Below are positions 37,734-46,749 of a DNA stretch of 64,000 nucleotides, piece by piece. The stretch covers positions 5,312,001 to 5,376,000 of the forward strand of contig OZ244065.1 in NCBI GenBank assembly GCA_965215505.1. The letters are read 5' to 3'. How positions within the stretch are numbered: the stretch's first letter is position 1; every line of letters begins with the position of its first letter. Origin of the DNA: Capsulimonadaceae bacterium. Its GTDB lineage: Bacteria > Armatimonadota > Armatimonadia > Armatimonadales > Capsulimonadaceae. Below the pieces are notes generated by a model. It made no database searches and was not told the origin of the DNA. It was given only the letters and a program-made list of their open reading frames with translations. A program made the translations under genes and the position numbers.

Positions 37734-40313
37734 ATGTCGAACTTCGGACTGCCGACATTCGGGACGCTCGCCGTCTGGACCGCCCTCGCCGCGCTCGTCG
37801 CCTCCATGACCTGCTACCTCGTCGCCTCCGCCCGGCGCGGGGCCTCGGACGGCGGCACGGGCTGGGCGCGAGGCGGACGGGCCGCCTTCCTGCTGGCCGT
37901 GGCGGGCGTTCTGGGCGCGTGCGGCTCTCTGGGCACTCTCCTGGTCACCCACCGGTTCGACGTCCAGTACGTCTACGACCACTCGGCGCGGGCGATGTCG
38001 CCCCTCTACTACTTCCCCTCCTTCTGGGCCGGGCAGGAAGGCTCGTTCCTGCTCTGGGGTTTCTGGATCGCACTCCTGGGCGTCGTCCTGGCCTGCACCT
38101 CCGGGGCCGCCGAGCGGCGCGTCATGCCGGTCTATTCCTCCGTATTGCTGTTCCTGGTCGGCATGGTGACCATCCGATCGCCCTTCCTGCCTACCCTGGA
38201 CCAGTTCGGCATCCAGGTGACGCCGGCTGAGGGCCTGGGTCTGAACCCGAACCTCGAGAACTACTGGATGGTGATCCACCCGCCGACGCTCTTCCTGGGC
38301 TTCGCCGCGCTCACCGTGCCGTTCGCCTTCGCCCTCGCCGCCCTGTTCTGGCGCGGCGATCTGGCGGTCGCCAATGATGGCTGGCTGCGGCGTGCGTTGC
38401 CGTGGGGCCTGTTCAGCTTCGCCATCCTGGGGCTTGCCATGATGATGGGCGGGTACTGGGCCTACGAGATGCTGGGGTGGGGCGGCTTCTGGGAGTGGGA
38501 CCCCGTCGAGAACGGCCCATTCGTGCCCTGGATGGGCCTGCTGGCCTTCCTCCACGCCGCCCAGATCCAGCGTGTCCGTGGCGGTTTTTCCAAGCCCACC
38601 CTGCTGTTCGCGCTCCTGCCCCTTTCGGGCGCGATGTACGAAACCTTCCTGACCCGGACCGGCGTCCTGGACAAGTTCAGCGTCCACTCGTTCTCCACAT
38701 TAGGCGGGGCGGCCAACAACGTCCTGCTCGGCGCGCTGCTCCTCGCCGTCTTCGTCTCGGTCGGCACACTGCTCTGGCGGGCCAAGGCGATCCCGAAAGG
38801 CGAGACGACGACCGAGGATATCCAGTCACGCGAGTTCGGTTTCACCATGGCCGTCGTCGTCCTGACCCTCTGCGGCCTCATCGCCGCCCTGGGTCTGTCC
38901 GCGCCACTCCTGACCGGTCTGGGCGTCAAGCTGCACATCGCCGACTTCCAGGGCGCGGTGCGCGAGGACTACCACAACAAGGCGCTGTTCCCCATCGCCG
39001 TCCTGCTGGCCCTGGGCATGGGCATCGGGCCGCACCTTGCCTGGCGCGGACGTGGTGCCACGGACACCGTCCGGCTGGTCTGGAGCTACGCCCTGTCCGT
39101 TGTCGCCGCCCTGGTTTTCGTGGTGGCGAGCAAGTATCTGGGCACGCCGCTGACCGGCGCGAAGCTGATCCCGCAACTCCTGCTGTTCACGGCCTCCGTC
39201 TTCGCGGTCATTTCTAATCTGACCCTCCTGCGCCGCCTGTTCCCGTCCAAGGGCGGCGTCCGGGGCGTGTCCCCGTGGACCGTCGGCGGCGTCCTGTCCC
39301 ATGTCGGGGCCGCCGTCCTGCTGCTCGGCGTCGTCTGCCTGGTCACGTTCGTCAAGAAGGATTCCGAGATCCTGCTGGTTCAGAACCGGCCTGCCCCCGT
39401 GCTGAATGGGGCCTACACTGCCGTCTACCGGGGGATGACCGGCAACCCCGAGACGGATCGGGACAATGCCTTGCTCGTGGATGTCGCTTCCACCGACGGC
39501 CGGCAGCGCTTCAAGGCCCGGATGCCGTTCGCCCTGCGCTCGACGGAAAGCGGTGGTCAGAAGATGATCTTCGCCCACCCCGCCATCCTGCACCATGGGG
39601 CGAGTGACCTCTACCTGAATATGAGCAATAACACGAGCCTGGAGGAGTTCTACCGGAAGCCCGTGTACCAGCCCAAGCTGAAGTTTGGCGATGTCAAAAA
39701 GATCAACATCGGTGACGACGCTCTGCACCCGAAGGTCTACACCATCGAGTTCATGCACTTCGATAACCCACAGGGTGCCCTCGTCCGCAGCGGCCAGATG
39801 CCCTCCGTGCAGACCGTCTACGCCGTCCTGCGTGTGACCTATCAGGGCGTGACGACCATGGTGAAGCCGCAGTTCACCCATTATGCCGACGGCTCCACTC
39901 CGAAGTCACCCGAAGTCAGGCTGCCGGGCGGCGCGCTCATCAGCTTCGCGGGCATGAACGCCGGCAGCATGGACCAGGCTAACCCAGGCGCGGGTGAGAT
40001 GAACGCCTCGGCCTCGCTTGCCTTGCGCCAGGACAGCGGCCCGCCCGCGCAGGCCTTCTACCTGGAGGCGACGACGCGCCCCATGATCAACCTGGTCTGG
40101 ATCGGGACGCTGCTGCTTGTCTTCGGCGGCCTGATCTCGATGCGCCGCCGCATTCAGGAGAACCGGCTCATCCCGATCCCCGACCTGCCCGCCCCCGAAG
40201 CTAAGGCGGAGGCCGTCCGCGCCCCCGCCGCCCGGCGCACGAAGAACAGAGGCCGCGCGCCCTCTGCCAAGCCCGCGCCTTCTCTGTCCGTCGGCAAAAG
40301 CGGGAGACGCTAA
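37734..40313 (+). CDS. ccmF: Heme lyase CcmF
   Basis: WAGQEGSFLLW, GLNPNL, IHPP, WAYEMLGWGGFWEWDPVEN, SVHSF, P.INLVW. Confidence 0.93.
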   Translation: MSNFGLPTFGTLAVWTALAALVASMTCYLVASARRGASDGGTGWARGGRAAFLLAVAGVLGACGSLGTLLVTHRFDVQYVYDHSARAMSPLYYFPSFWAGQEGSFLLWGFWIALLGVVLACTSGAAERRVMPVYSSVLLFLVGMVTIRSPFLPTLDQFGIQVTPAEGLGLNPNLENYWMVIHPPTLFLGFAALTVPFAFALAALFWRGDLAVANDGWLRRALPWGLFSFAILGLAMMMGGYWAYEMLGWGGFWEWDPVENGPFVPWMGLLAFLHAAQIQRVRGGFSKPTLLFALLPLSGAMYETFLTRTGVLDKFSVHSFSTLGGAANNVLLGALLLAVFVSVGTLLWRAKAIPKGETTTEDIQSREFGFTMAVVVLTLCGLIAALGLSAPLLTGLGVKLHIADFQGAVREDYHNKALFPIAVLLALGMGIGPHLAWRGRGATDTVRLVWSYALSVVAALVFVVASKYLGTPLTGAKLIPQLLLFTASVFAVISNLTLLRRLFPSKGGVRGVSPWTVGGVLSHVGAAVLLLGVVCLVTFVKKDSEILLVQNRPAPVLNGAYTAVYRGMTGNPETDRDNALLVDVASTDGRQRFKARMPFALRSTESGGQKMIFAHPAILHHGASDLYLNMSNNTSLEEFYRKPVYQPKLKFGDVKKINIGDDALHPKVYTIEFMHFDNPQGALVRSGQMPSVQTVYAVLRVTYQGVTTMVKPQFTHYADGSTPKSPEVRLPGGALISFAGMNAGSMDQANPGAGEMNASASLALRQDSGPPAQAFYLEATTRPMINLVWIGTLLLVFGGLISMRRRIQENRLIPIPDLPAPEAKAEAVRAPAARRTKNRGRAPSAKPAPSLSVGKSGRR

Positions 40314-40319
40314 CCGTCC

Positions 40320-40667
40320 ATGCGACTCCGCCAGCTACTCAAAAGCAAGATACACCGCGCCACCGTGACTGAGGCCGATGTCAACTACGTCGGCTCCATC
40401 ACGGTCGACCAGGACCTTCTGGAGCGCGTGGACCTGTGGCCTGGTGAGCTGGTCCACGTCTGGAACGTCACCAACGGCGAGCGGTTTGAAACCTATGCGC
40501 TGGCCGGGGAACCAGGCGGCGGCATGGTCCGCATCAACGGCGCGGGCGCGCACAAGGCCCATCCCGGCGACATCCTCATCATCGCCGCCTTCGCGCTCAC
40601 CGACGAAACCGTCACGCCCAAAGTCATCCTGGTGGACGAACGCAACCACTATTTACGAGACCTTTAG
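40320..40667 (+). CDS. panD: Aspartate 1-decarboxylase
   Basis: KSKIHRATVT, YVGSITVD, NGERFETY, NGAGAH. Confidence 0.95.
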   Translation: MRLRQLLKSKIHRATVTEADVNYVGSITVDQDLLERVDLWPGELVHVWNVTNGERFETYALAGEPGGGMVRINGAGAHKAHPGDILIIAAFALTDETVTPKVILVDERNHYLRDL

Positions 40668-40676
40668 AAGCCTATT

Positions 40677-41045
40677 ATGTTTGAAGTCCGCGTTGAGAAG
40701 ACCATCGCCTGTGCCCACCGCCTGTTCGACTACAACGGCCCCTGCGAGAGCCTGCACGGCCACAACTATCGCATCGAGGTCGCCTATGCTGGCACCGAGT
40801 TGGACCGCTTCGGGATGCTGGTGGACTTCACCGACATCAAAAAGGCTTTTAATGCCGTCCTTGACACGCTCGACCATACCTACCTCAACGAACTCCCCGT
40901 CTTCCGCGACCTATCGCCCTCGGCGGAGAACATCGCGCGGCACATCTTCCAGGAGCTGAAGCGCACTCCCTTCGACCGCGCCACCCTCGACCGCGTTTCC
41001 GTCTGGGAGACGCCGACGCAGGTGGCGGTTTATCGGGAAAGGTGA
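40677..41045 (+). CDS. queD: 6-carboxytetrahydropterin synthase
   Basis: AHRL, CESLHGHNY, DF, LDH.YLN, PSAENIA, WET. Confidence 0.9.
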   Translation: MFEVRVEKTIACAHRLFDYNGPCESLHGHNYRIEVAYAGTELDRFGMLVDFTDIKKAFNAVLDTLDHTYLNELPVFRDLSPSAENIARHIFQELKRTPFDRATLDRVSVWETPTQVAVYRER

Positions 41046-41053
41046 TTTTTCTG

Positions 41054-41253
41054 TTGAAGGTCAAGGAAGTCATCAAAAGGAAATCATCAAGCGGCTGGAG
41101 GCCGAGCAGTGGGTGTTCGCACGGCAAAAGGCGAGCCACCGGACGTTCAAAAAGACCGGCGTTGCCGCAGTCATCACCGTCTCTGGCATTGACAGCAAAG
41201 GCGTTTCGCCGGGGCAGTTGCAAGACATCAAGCGAAAGGCAGGCTGGGAATGA
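41054..41253 (+). pseudogene. hicA: HicA-family toxin frameshifted by a 14-nt duplication
   Basis: Reconstructed MKVKEVIKRLEAEQWVFARQKASHRTFKKTG..ITVSG.DSKGVSPGQLQDIKRKAGWE; aaggaagtcatcaa/aaggaaatcatcaa at 41063-41090. Confidence 0.75.
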
Positions 41254-41543
41254 CGACAGTTCTGACAGAAGCGCCAGCGCCAGATATGGATGCCCCCGAA
41301 GGAATCAAAGATCCCTTTACCCGGCTCCTTGACCTGACTCTCGGCTGGGGCGAGTATGTGGAGAAGGACGAGGCGGGACACCGCGACAGCGTCTCCTCCG
41401 CCGACATCTACCGCGCTTACCAGTCCATCGCCGAGTTTGCCGAGCCGTACTGCGATGCCGCGCCGGAAGTGCAGGAGATGGCCGCTCGGCATTTCGTGGA
41501 CACGCGCCTCCTGCCGTTGCTGCTGGGCAAGGCCAAGCCCTGA
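41250..41543 (+). CDS. Hypothetical acidic protein translationally coupled to hicA
   Basis: ATGA overlap with hicA stop; no recognisable HicB motifs. Confidence 0.6.
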   Translation: MTTVLTEAPAPDMDAPEGIKDPFTRLLDLTLGWGEYVEKDEAGHRDSVSSADIYRAYQSIAEFAEPYCDAAPEVQEMAARHFVDTRLLPLLLGKAKP

Positions 41544-41545
41544 TC

Positions 41546-43087
41546 TTGTCTCCCGTGTCCATGCCTGCAACGCCTGCCCAAATCCGCGCCCCAAAAACTA
41601 CGCGTCTCTGGTGGGCAATCAGTTTCTTGCTGCTGGCTCTCCTCGCCGGCGGTGCCCGCGCCCAAACGCTGCCCGTCCCCACGCCCGCCGCTCATCCCGT
41701 CCTGCTAACCCCGCCGAACTCGGCCTTCGTCCTGTTCAACGACCGCGTCCTGTTCTCGGTTTACACCTTCGGCGATCAGTCGGCGCAGGATCGGGCGGAC
41801 CTGGCAAACCTGCGCCTGGCCGAGAGCCTGCGAGGCATCTCCGAGAATGAGGCGTCGGCCAAGCCCCCGGAGGTAATCGTCGGGGAGCGCGATGCCCAGG
41901 CGGTCCTGCTGCTGGACGGGAAGATGCTGCTGACCGTAACCCAGGCCGACGCCGACCACGCGGGCCAGCCCGCCGCGTCACTCGCGCAGGCCTGGGCGGA
42001 CACCCTTAACCGCTCCTTCCGGCAGGCCCTGCGCGAGCGCCAGCCCGCCTACCTGCGCTGGGCCTGGGAGCGCGCAGCCCTGTTCCTGCTGGCCGGACTG
42101 GTCTTGTACGGGCTGGCTCGGCTCATCGCGAGGCGTCTGGGCAACCGGCTCGGCATCCCATTCCAACTGCTGCTCGTCGGGATCGTCGCCTCCCGCATCC
42201 TGGACCTGTTCCCGCAGACCCGGCCCGCTAACCTGCTGCTGCTGGCTGGCGCGGGTCGCCCGCTGACGTTATGCCTCCTGGTGGGCCTGTCGGCGGCCGT
42301 GCTGGTACGGACCTGGGGAGTCCTCCTGCGGCGGCTCTTCCCCGCCGTCCCCGAAGTTCTTTCCGCCCAGGAGCGCACCGAGCGGACCTTCCAGCGGCGC
42401 GTCACCCTGGCCCGCGTGGGGGAGGTGGCGGGTGCGTCCGTAATCTGGCTGACCGGCCTCCTGACCCTGACCGCCTGGCTCGGCGTCAACCTTTCCGCCC
42501 TGCTGACCTCGGCCGGCCTAGTTACGGTCGCCCTCGGCTTCGTCGCCCAGGACGCCCTGCGGGACTTCGTCGCCAGCCTGTATATCCTCGCCGATGACCG
42601 CTTCGGCGTCGGCGACACCATCCAGGTCGGCGCGTATGAGGGCCGCGTCGAGCGCCTGAACCTGCGCGCGACCCAGATCCGCGACATGTCGGGCCGCCTC
42701 ATCACGATCTCCAACCGGGGCATCACCGAGGTCGCGAACCTCACCGCCCGCTGGGCGCAGGTGGACTTCAAAGTCGGCGTCTCCTACTATGACGACGTGG
42801 ACAAGGCCAGCGCACTCCTGTTGGAGACAGCCCAGGCGCTGGCCAGCGAGTGGCCCGACCGTGTGCTGGCCCCGCCGGACCTGCTCGGCGTGGACTCCTT
42901 CACCGATCTCAGCGTCACGCTCCGGCTGACCCTGCGGACGCCTCCCGGCGACCAGTGGGTAGTAGCCCGCGAGCTGCGCCGCCGCGTCAAGCACGCCTTT
43001 GATGCCGCCGACATCGCCGCACTCAACAACCTTTATGCCCCACCCGCCGCCCCGCCGCGCGGACCTCAAGCCTCTACAGGTGAGTGA
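41546..43087 (+). CDS. Mechanosensitive ion channel (MscS family) with N-terminal extracytoplasmic domain
   Basis: GFVAQDALRDF, FGVGDTIQVG, G.VE.LNLRAT.IRD..G.LI.I.N. Confidence 0.88.
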   Translation: MSPVSMPATPAQIRAPKTTRLWWAISFLLLALLAGGARAQTLPVPTPAAHPVLLTPPNSAFVLFNDRVLFSVYTFGDQSAQDRADLANLRLAESLRGISENEASAKPPEVIVGERDAQAVLLLDGKMLLTVTQADADHAGQPAASLAQAWADTLNRSFRQALRERQPAYLRWAWERAALFLLAGLVLYGLARLIARRLGNRLGIPFQLLLVGIVASRILDLFPQTRPANLLLLAGAGRPLTLCLLVGLSAAVLVRTWGVLLRRLFPAVPEVLSAQERTERTFQRRVTLARVGEVAGASVIWLTGLLTLTAWLGVNLSALLTSAGLVTVALGFVAQDALRDFVASLYILADDRFGVGDTIQVGAYEGRVERLNLRATQIRDMSGRLITISNRGITEVANLTARWAQVDFKVGVSYYDDVDKASALLLETAQALASEWPDRVLAPPDLLGVDSFTDLSVTLRLTLRTPPGDQWVVARELRRRVKHAFDAADIAALNNLYAPPAAPPRGPQASTGE

Positions 43088-45047
43088 CCAGCACGATGAC
43101 GGGCCGCTCGGAGACCGCCAGCGTTGCGCGGCCCGCCGTCAGGGGCAGGGGAGAGGCCGCGCCGCTCTCTTCGCCCTTGACCAGCGTGACGAGCGTAGCA
43201 GCCCCGGCCCTGCTGCCAGCGGCCAGATTGAAATGGGCCGATGTTGAGCCGTCACTCGTCGGACGCCAAACGACATACGCCCCGCCCGGCCCCACCGCGC
43301 TCTTGAAGCGGTAGACCTTCACATCGGCGCTCCCCGATGGCTCTTCGCCCGCGAAGCGCATCCCGGCCAGCCGGTCGCGCAGGGTATGGACGTAATACCA
43401 GGACGCCTTCGGCACCCACTTTCCCTTCTCCGTCACCAGCCCGCTGCTGGAAAACTGCGTCGCGTCTGCCGGGTTCACGTCCCGCAGCATGTACATCGCC
43501 GCCCGGTCCACATTGGCCGCCGCCAGGGCAAGGTAGGAACGGACCAGCCATTGCCCCTGCACTTCCTCCTGCGAATACCCGCTGATAGCCGGGGCGCGCT
43601 GGGGCGACTTGGGATTGGTGTCGTAGCCGAACTCCGTCACCCAGACCTCCTTCCCCGGCAGCTCGCGGCGGCAGTAATCTACCAGGGCCGACGCCTTGCC
43701 CCGCAGGTCGTCCGCCTCGGGGCTGATCCCCACCTGTCCCTTGCCCTGCTCGCCCCCGCTGTTGCTGTAGTGGTGGAAGTTCAGGACATCGCACGGGAAA
43801 CTCCCGCCCCGGTTCACGTCCGCCCACGCCTTCATCGTGCGGACGTAATCCAGGTTCAGCCCCGCCAGCCCGCCCATGACCAGCCTCGCCCCCGCGTCGG
43901 CGTTCTTGACCCCGAAGGTGCGCCCCATCCGGCCCTGGTCGCCGTCATAATCCGCACTGCACATCGCCGCGAACTCGGCGGGCTGGAAGTAGGCTTCGCG
44001 CCCGCCCCACCAGCCGTCCTCCTCGTTCCAGTTCTCGTAATAGCGCAGCAATCCTAGCCCTGACCGGCGCGGCTGGTCCGACGCCAGCTTCAGCGCACCG
44101 TCCGCCACTCGCGTACTGCCGTACCGGGCCGCATACTGGAACAGGTGATCGGCATGGGCCGCGTAGGAGGCCGGTGCAGTCGGGTCCTGGCCTGCCGACA
44201 CCGGCTTGTCGCTGGGTTTACCTCCGCCCGGCCCGCGCAGCCAGGCCACGCCGCCCTGTATCGCCGGGCAGACCGTCACCCCCGCCGCTTTGAGCCGCGC
44301 GTAGTAGGCATCAAAATCCCACCCGCCCCCCGCGCCGTAGCTCGGGCTCCACTTGTTCTGGTTGTTGGGGTAGCCTGGGTACGCCTTGCCGTCCCCCTCG
44401 TCCCAGTCCCAGTTGTGGTACTCACGGACGAATCCTCCGACCGTCATCTTGTCCAAGGGGTCGTCAATAAACGCATTTACGCCGATCAACCGGTCCATCG
44501 TCGGCAGGGGATGGATGACAGGAACTGGCACGGCCTCGACTGACCCGGCCGGCGTCCCATAGACGACGATCTCCGGCACCTTCGTACCCGCATCCGCCAG
44601 CGTGACCTCCAGATACCGGGTCGTGACACTCACCGGATGCGCGTTCCAGACGCCGTAGTGGCTGAGGTCGTCTGTCAGCAGGGGCATCCACCGGAACGGC
44701 CTCCCCGCCGAGATCGTGACCAGTCCTGATCCCTCTCCGTCATACAGAGACACGTCCGAAACCCGGTACACTCGCCCCAGGTCCACATCGGCCCGCGCCG
44801 GGTAGTGCCAGACCGTCCATTCTGGGAACCACGTCGAGGTCGGCACCCCGCCGTGTCCCGCTCGGGGATCGCCCGCCAACGCCTGCTCATCCACCAGCCG
44901 GCCCGCCTCCCCGAAGCCCGTCTCGTTGACGATCATTGACGCTGTGAGTGGTATCTTCTGGGGCATATCCAAGGGTGGCGCGCAGAGGGTGGCTTTTCCC
45001 ATAAGCAACAGCGAACAGAGAGCAAGGGTGGAAAGTGTTGACTTCAT
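43074..45047 (-). CDS. Exported clan GH-A-like glycoside hydrolase with N-terminal beta-sandwich domain
   Basis: Signal peptide; YYENWNEED (acid/base), NFHHY, VWVTEFGYD (nucleophile). Confidence 0.7.
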   Translation of the reverse strand: MKSTLSTLALCSLLLMGKATLCAPPLDMPQKIPLTASMIVNETGFGEAGRLVDEQALAGDPRAGHGGVPTSTWFPEWTVWHYPARADVDLGRVYRVSDVSLYDGEGSGLVTISAGRPFRWMPLLTDDLSHYGVWNAHPVSVTTRYLEVTLADAGTKVPEIVVYGTPAGSVEAVPVPVIHPLPTMDRLIGVNAFIDDPLDKMTVGGFVREYHNWDWDEGDGKAYPGYPNNQNKWSPSYGAGGGWDFDAYYARLKAAGVTVCPAIQGGVAWLRGPGGGKPSDKPVSAGQDPTAPASYAAHADHLFQYAARYGSTRVADGALKLASDQPRRSGLGLLRYYENWNEEDGWWGGREAYFQPAEFAAMCSADYDGDQGRMGRTFGVKNADAGARLVMGGLAGLNLDYVRTMKAWADVNRGGSFPCDVLNFHHYSNSGGEQGKGQVGISPEADDLRGKASALVDYCRRELPGKEVWVTEFGYDTNPKSPQRAPAISGYSQEEVQGQWLVRSYLALAAANVDRAAMYMLRDVNPADATQFSSSGLVTEKGKWVPKASWYYVHTLRDRLAGMRFAGEEPSGSADVKVYRFKSAVGPGGAYVVWRPTSDGSTSAHFNLAAGSRAGAATLVTLVKGEESGAASPLPLTAGRATLAVSERPVIVLVTHL

Positions 45048-45111
45048 TGTTGGCGTAGCTTCCGCGCAAGCCTCCCGATGTCCTGCCGCCTATGAGGTAT
45101 AATCAGCGCAC

Positions 45112-45531
45112 ATGCCAAAGATATATCGGGTGATGAGTGAGGCAGACGGTAGGCCAACCGTGGGCGATGGACCCACAGATTTGGGCGCTCGTGTCCCTGC
45201 GGACATTCAACCCAATACTGCTGGCTTGGTTGTTCCAGGTACAGGAGGTATGTCTGTCTCACCTCGGGTGATTGCTCTGCCGCCTCATCGTGTCCCCAGG
45301 AGATTACGTCCGCTGGTTCCAAGGGCGACAGGAAAAGATTTTCACTTCGTGTGGAGTATGGGCGGTGGACAGTTCGTGGCAGACGCTGTTGCTCTCAATC
45401 TGCGCTTGCGGCCTGATCCAGCCAACAGCAAGCATGGCTTTATTGAACCGGACGCAGCAATGCCGATGGCGGAGTACCGACAGGCGTTGGAAATAACTCA
45501 GGGCGAATGGCGAATTGATGAGGTAGGGTAA
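45112..45531 (+). CDS. Tse2-like ADP-ribosyltransferase-fold protein
   Basis: IYRVM (Arg strand), GGMSVSP (SxS), LRPDP..HGFIEP..M..Y..AL..T..W; no signal peptide. Confidence 0.6.
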   Translation: MPKIYRVMSEADGRPTVGDGPTDLGARVPADIQPNTAGLVVPGTGGMSVSPRVIALPPHRVPRRLRPLVPRATGKDFHFVWSMGGGQFVADAVALNLRLRPDPANSKHGFIEPDAAMPMAEYRQALEITQGEWRIDEVG

Positions 45532-45536
45532 GTGAT

Positions 45537-46406
45537 ATGAACAAGTTCCCGGACAATCCTAACTATGTGGCATACGAGCGGTTGCTGATTGAATTGCACC
45601 GCCTGATCGCAGAAGGCAAAGGCGACGACGAGGAAGCCGAGGCCGTGCGCGACCAAATGGACACTCCCTGGTACAGACTCAGTCCTGAAGAAGATGAGCG
45701 TATGGGTGGCCTCTCCGCCGACCTCTATATGCTCCAAGACGATGAAATCTACGAGGCATACGAGGGCACACAAGAGCAGCTTCGTCAATCCCTCAGCACC
45801 GCTTATCATAATCAGGATTATCAAGGGCTACTCAGCTTATTGCGTAAGGGGCCGAAGTACATTCCGCAGCAGGGTCTCGCCTCTCTACGCGCGATAGCTT
45901 ATCAAGAACTGGGGCATCTTGATGCTGCCTTAGTTTTTCTCCGCTATGCTCTGTCACACACCACTGAACTGGGCTTGGCTTTCGACCGTGAGTGGTTTCA
46001 GACGCAAATTGTAGACCTGCTCATGCGGTTGAACCGATATGATGATGCTATAGCGGAAGTTGAAGCCAGTATCAATTACTTTACTTTCCAGGACTTCCGC
46101 TTTATCGCGGCTCATGCATTGGTTCTTTGTGCTGAACATGTTGATGGAAGAACCGCACTGTCACTTTATCGGAGGGCTGCTGCTGTCATAGAAAGTATTC
46201 TTGATGACCCGGCAGAGCGTAAGAAGCTGTCTCCTTCGCTCCTCTCGACTGCCTTTCAAGTTCTCGGCGATTGTTACCGTAGTTCCGGGCAACCCCAAAA
46301 GGCAGAAGCCGCCCATGCCAGCGCAATCAGAGCGGTTAGTGATACCATCTTGCAAGCCAGGCCGCAACCACAAAACGAGTTATTCTTTCTGTCTGCCGCC
46401 GTGTAG
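45537..46406 (+). CDS. Helical/TPR protein, partner of the ART-like gene
   Basis: 5-nt gap; acidic N-terminal LLIELHRLIAEGKGDDEEAEAVRDQMD; TPR motifs AYQELGHLDAA, VLGDCYRSSGQPQKAEAAH. Confidence 0.7.
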   Translation: MNKFPDNPNYVAYERLLIELHRLIAEGKGDDEEAEAVRDQMDTPWYRLSPEEDERMGGLSADLYMLQDDEIYEAYEGTQEQLRQSLSTAYHNQDYQGLLSLLRKGPKYIPQQGLASLRAIAYQELGHLDAALVFLRYALSHTTELGLAFDREWFQTQIVDLLMRLNRYDDAIAEVEASINYFTFQDFRFIAAHALVLCAEHVDGRTALSLYRRAAAVIESILDDPAERKKLSPSLLSTAFQVLGDCYRSSGQPQKAEAAHASAIRAVSDTILQARPQPQNELFFLSAAV

Positions 46407-46466
46407 CCGCGCAATCTCCATTGGGCATCCCCGTACAAGTATGGTATAAGCCCCTCGGAGAAACAC

Positions 46467-46736
46467 ATGCACGAACTACAGGCGATGGACCTCGCCCGCC
46501 GCTCCATCCTGATCGCCCTGCAATTATCCCTGCCGATCCTCGTCCTGTCCCTGGTCGTCGGCGTCATCGTCAGCCTCTTCCAGGCCGTGACGCAGATCCA
46601 GGAGCAGACCCTGACGTTCGTGCCCAAGATCATCGTCCTCGTGCTGGCCCTCGTCGTGCTGGGGCCGTGGATGCTCCACACCATCGTCGGGTTCACGTCC
46701 GGGCTGCTGACGAGCCTGCCGGCGACGATGCGGTAG
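46467..46736 (+). CDS. fliQ: Flagellar export protein FliQ
   Basis: FQAVTQIQEQTLTFVPK, GPWM. Confidence 0.95.
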   Translation: MHELQAMDLARRSILIALQLSLPILVLSLVVGVIVSLFQAVTQIQEQTLTFVPKIIVLVLALVVLGPWMLHTIVGFTSGLLTSLPATMR

Positions 46737-46749
46737 GCGGCAACCCCCG

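Noticed and set aside
40677-41045. queD as part of a 7-deazaguanine (Dpd) or QueC-type defence island
   Set aside because: It follows panD in a housekeeping context; no queC, queE, dpdA or tgt nearby.
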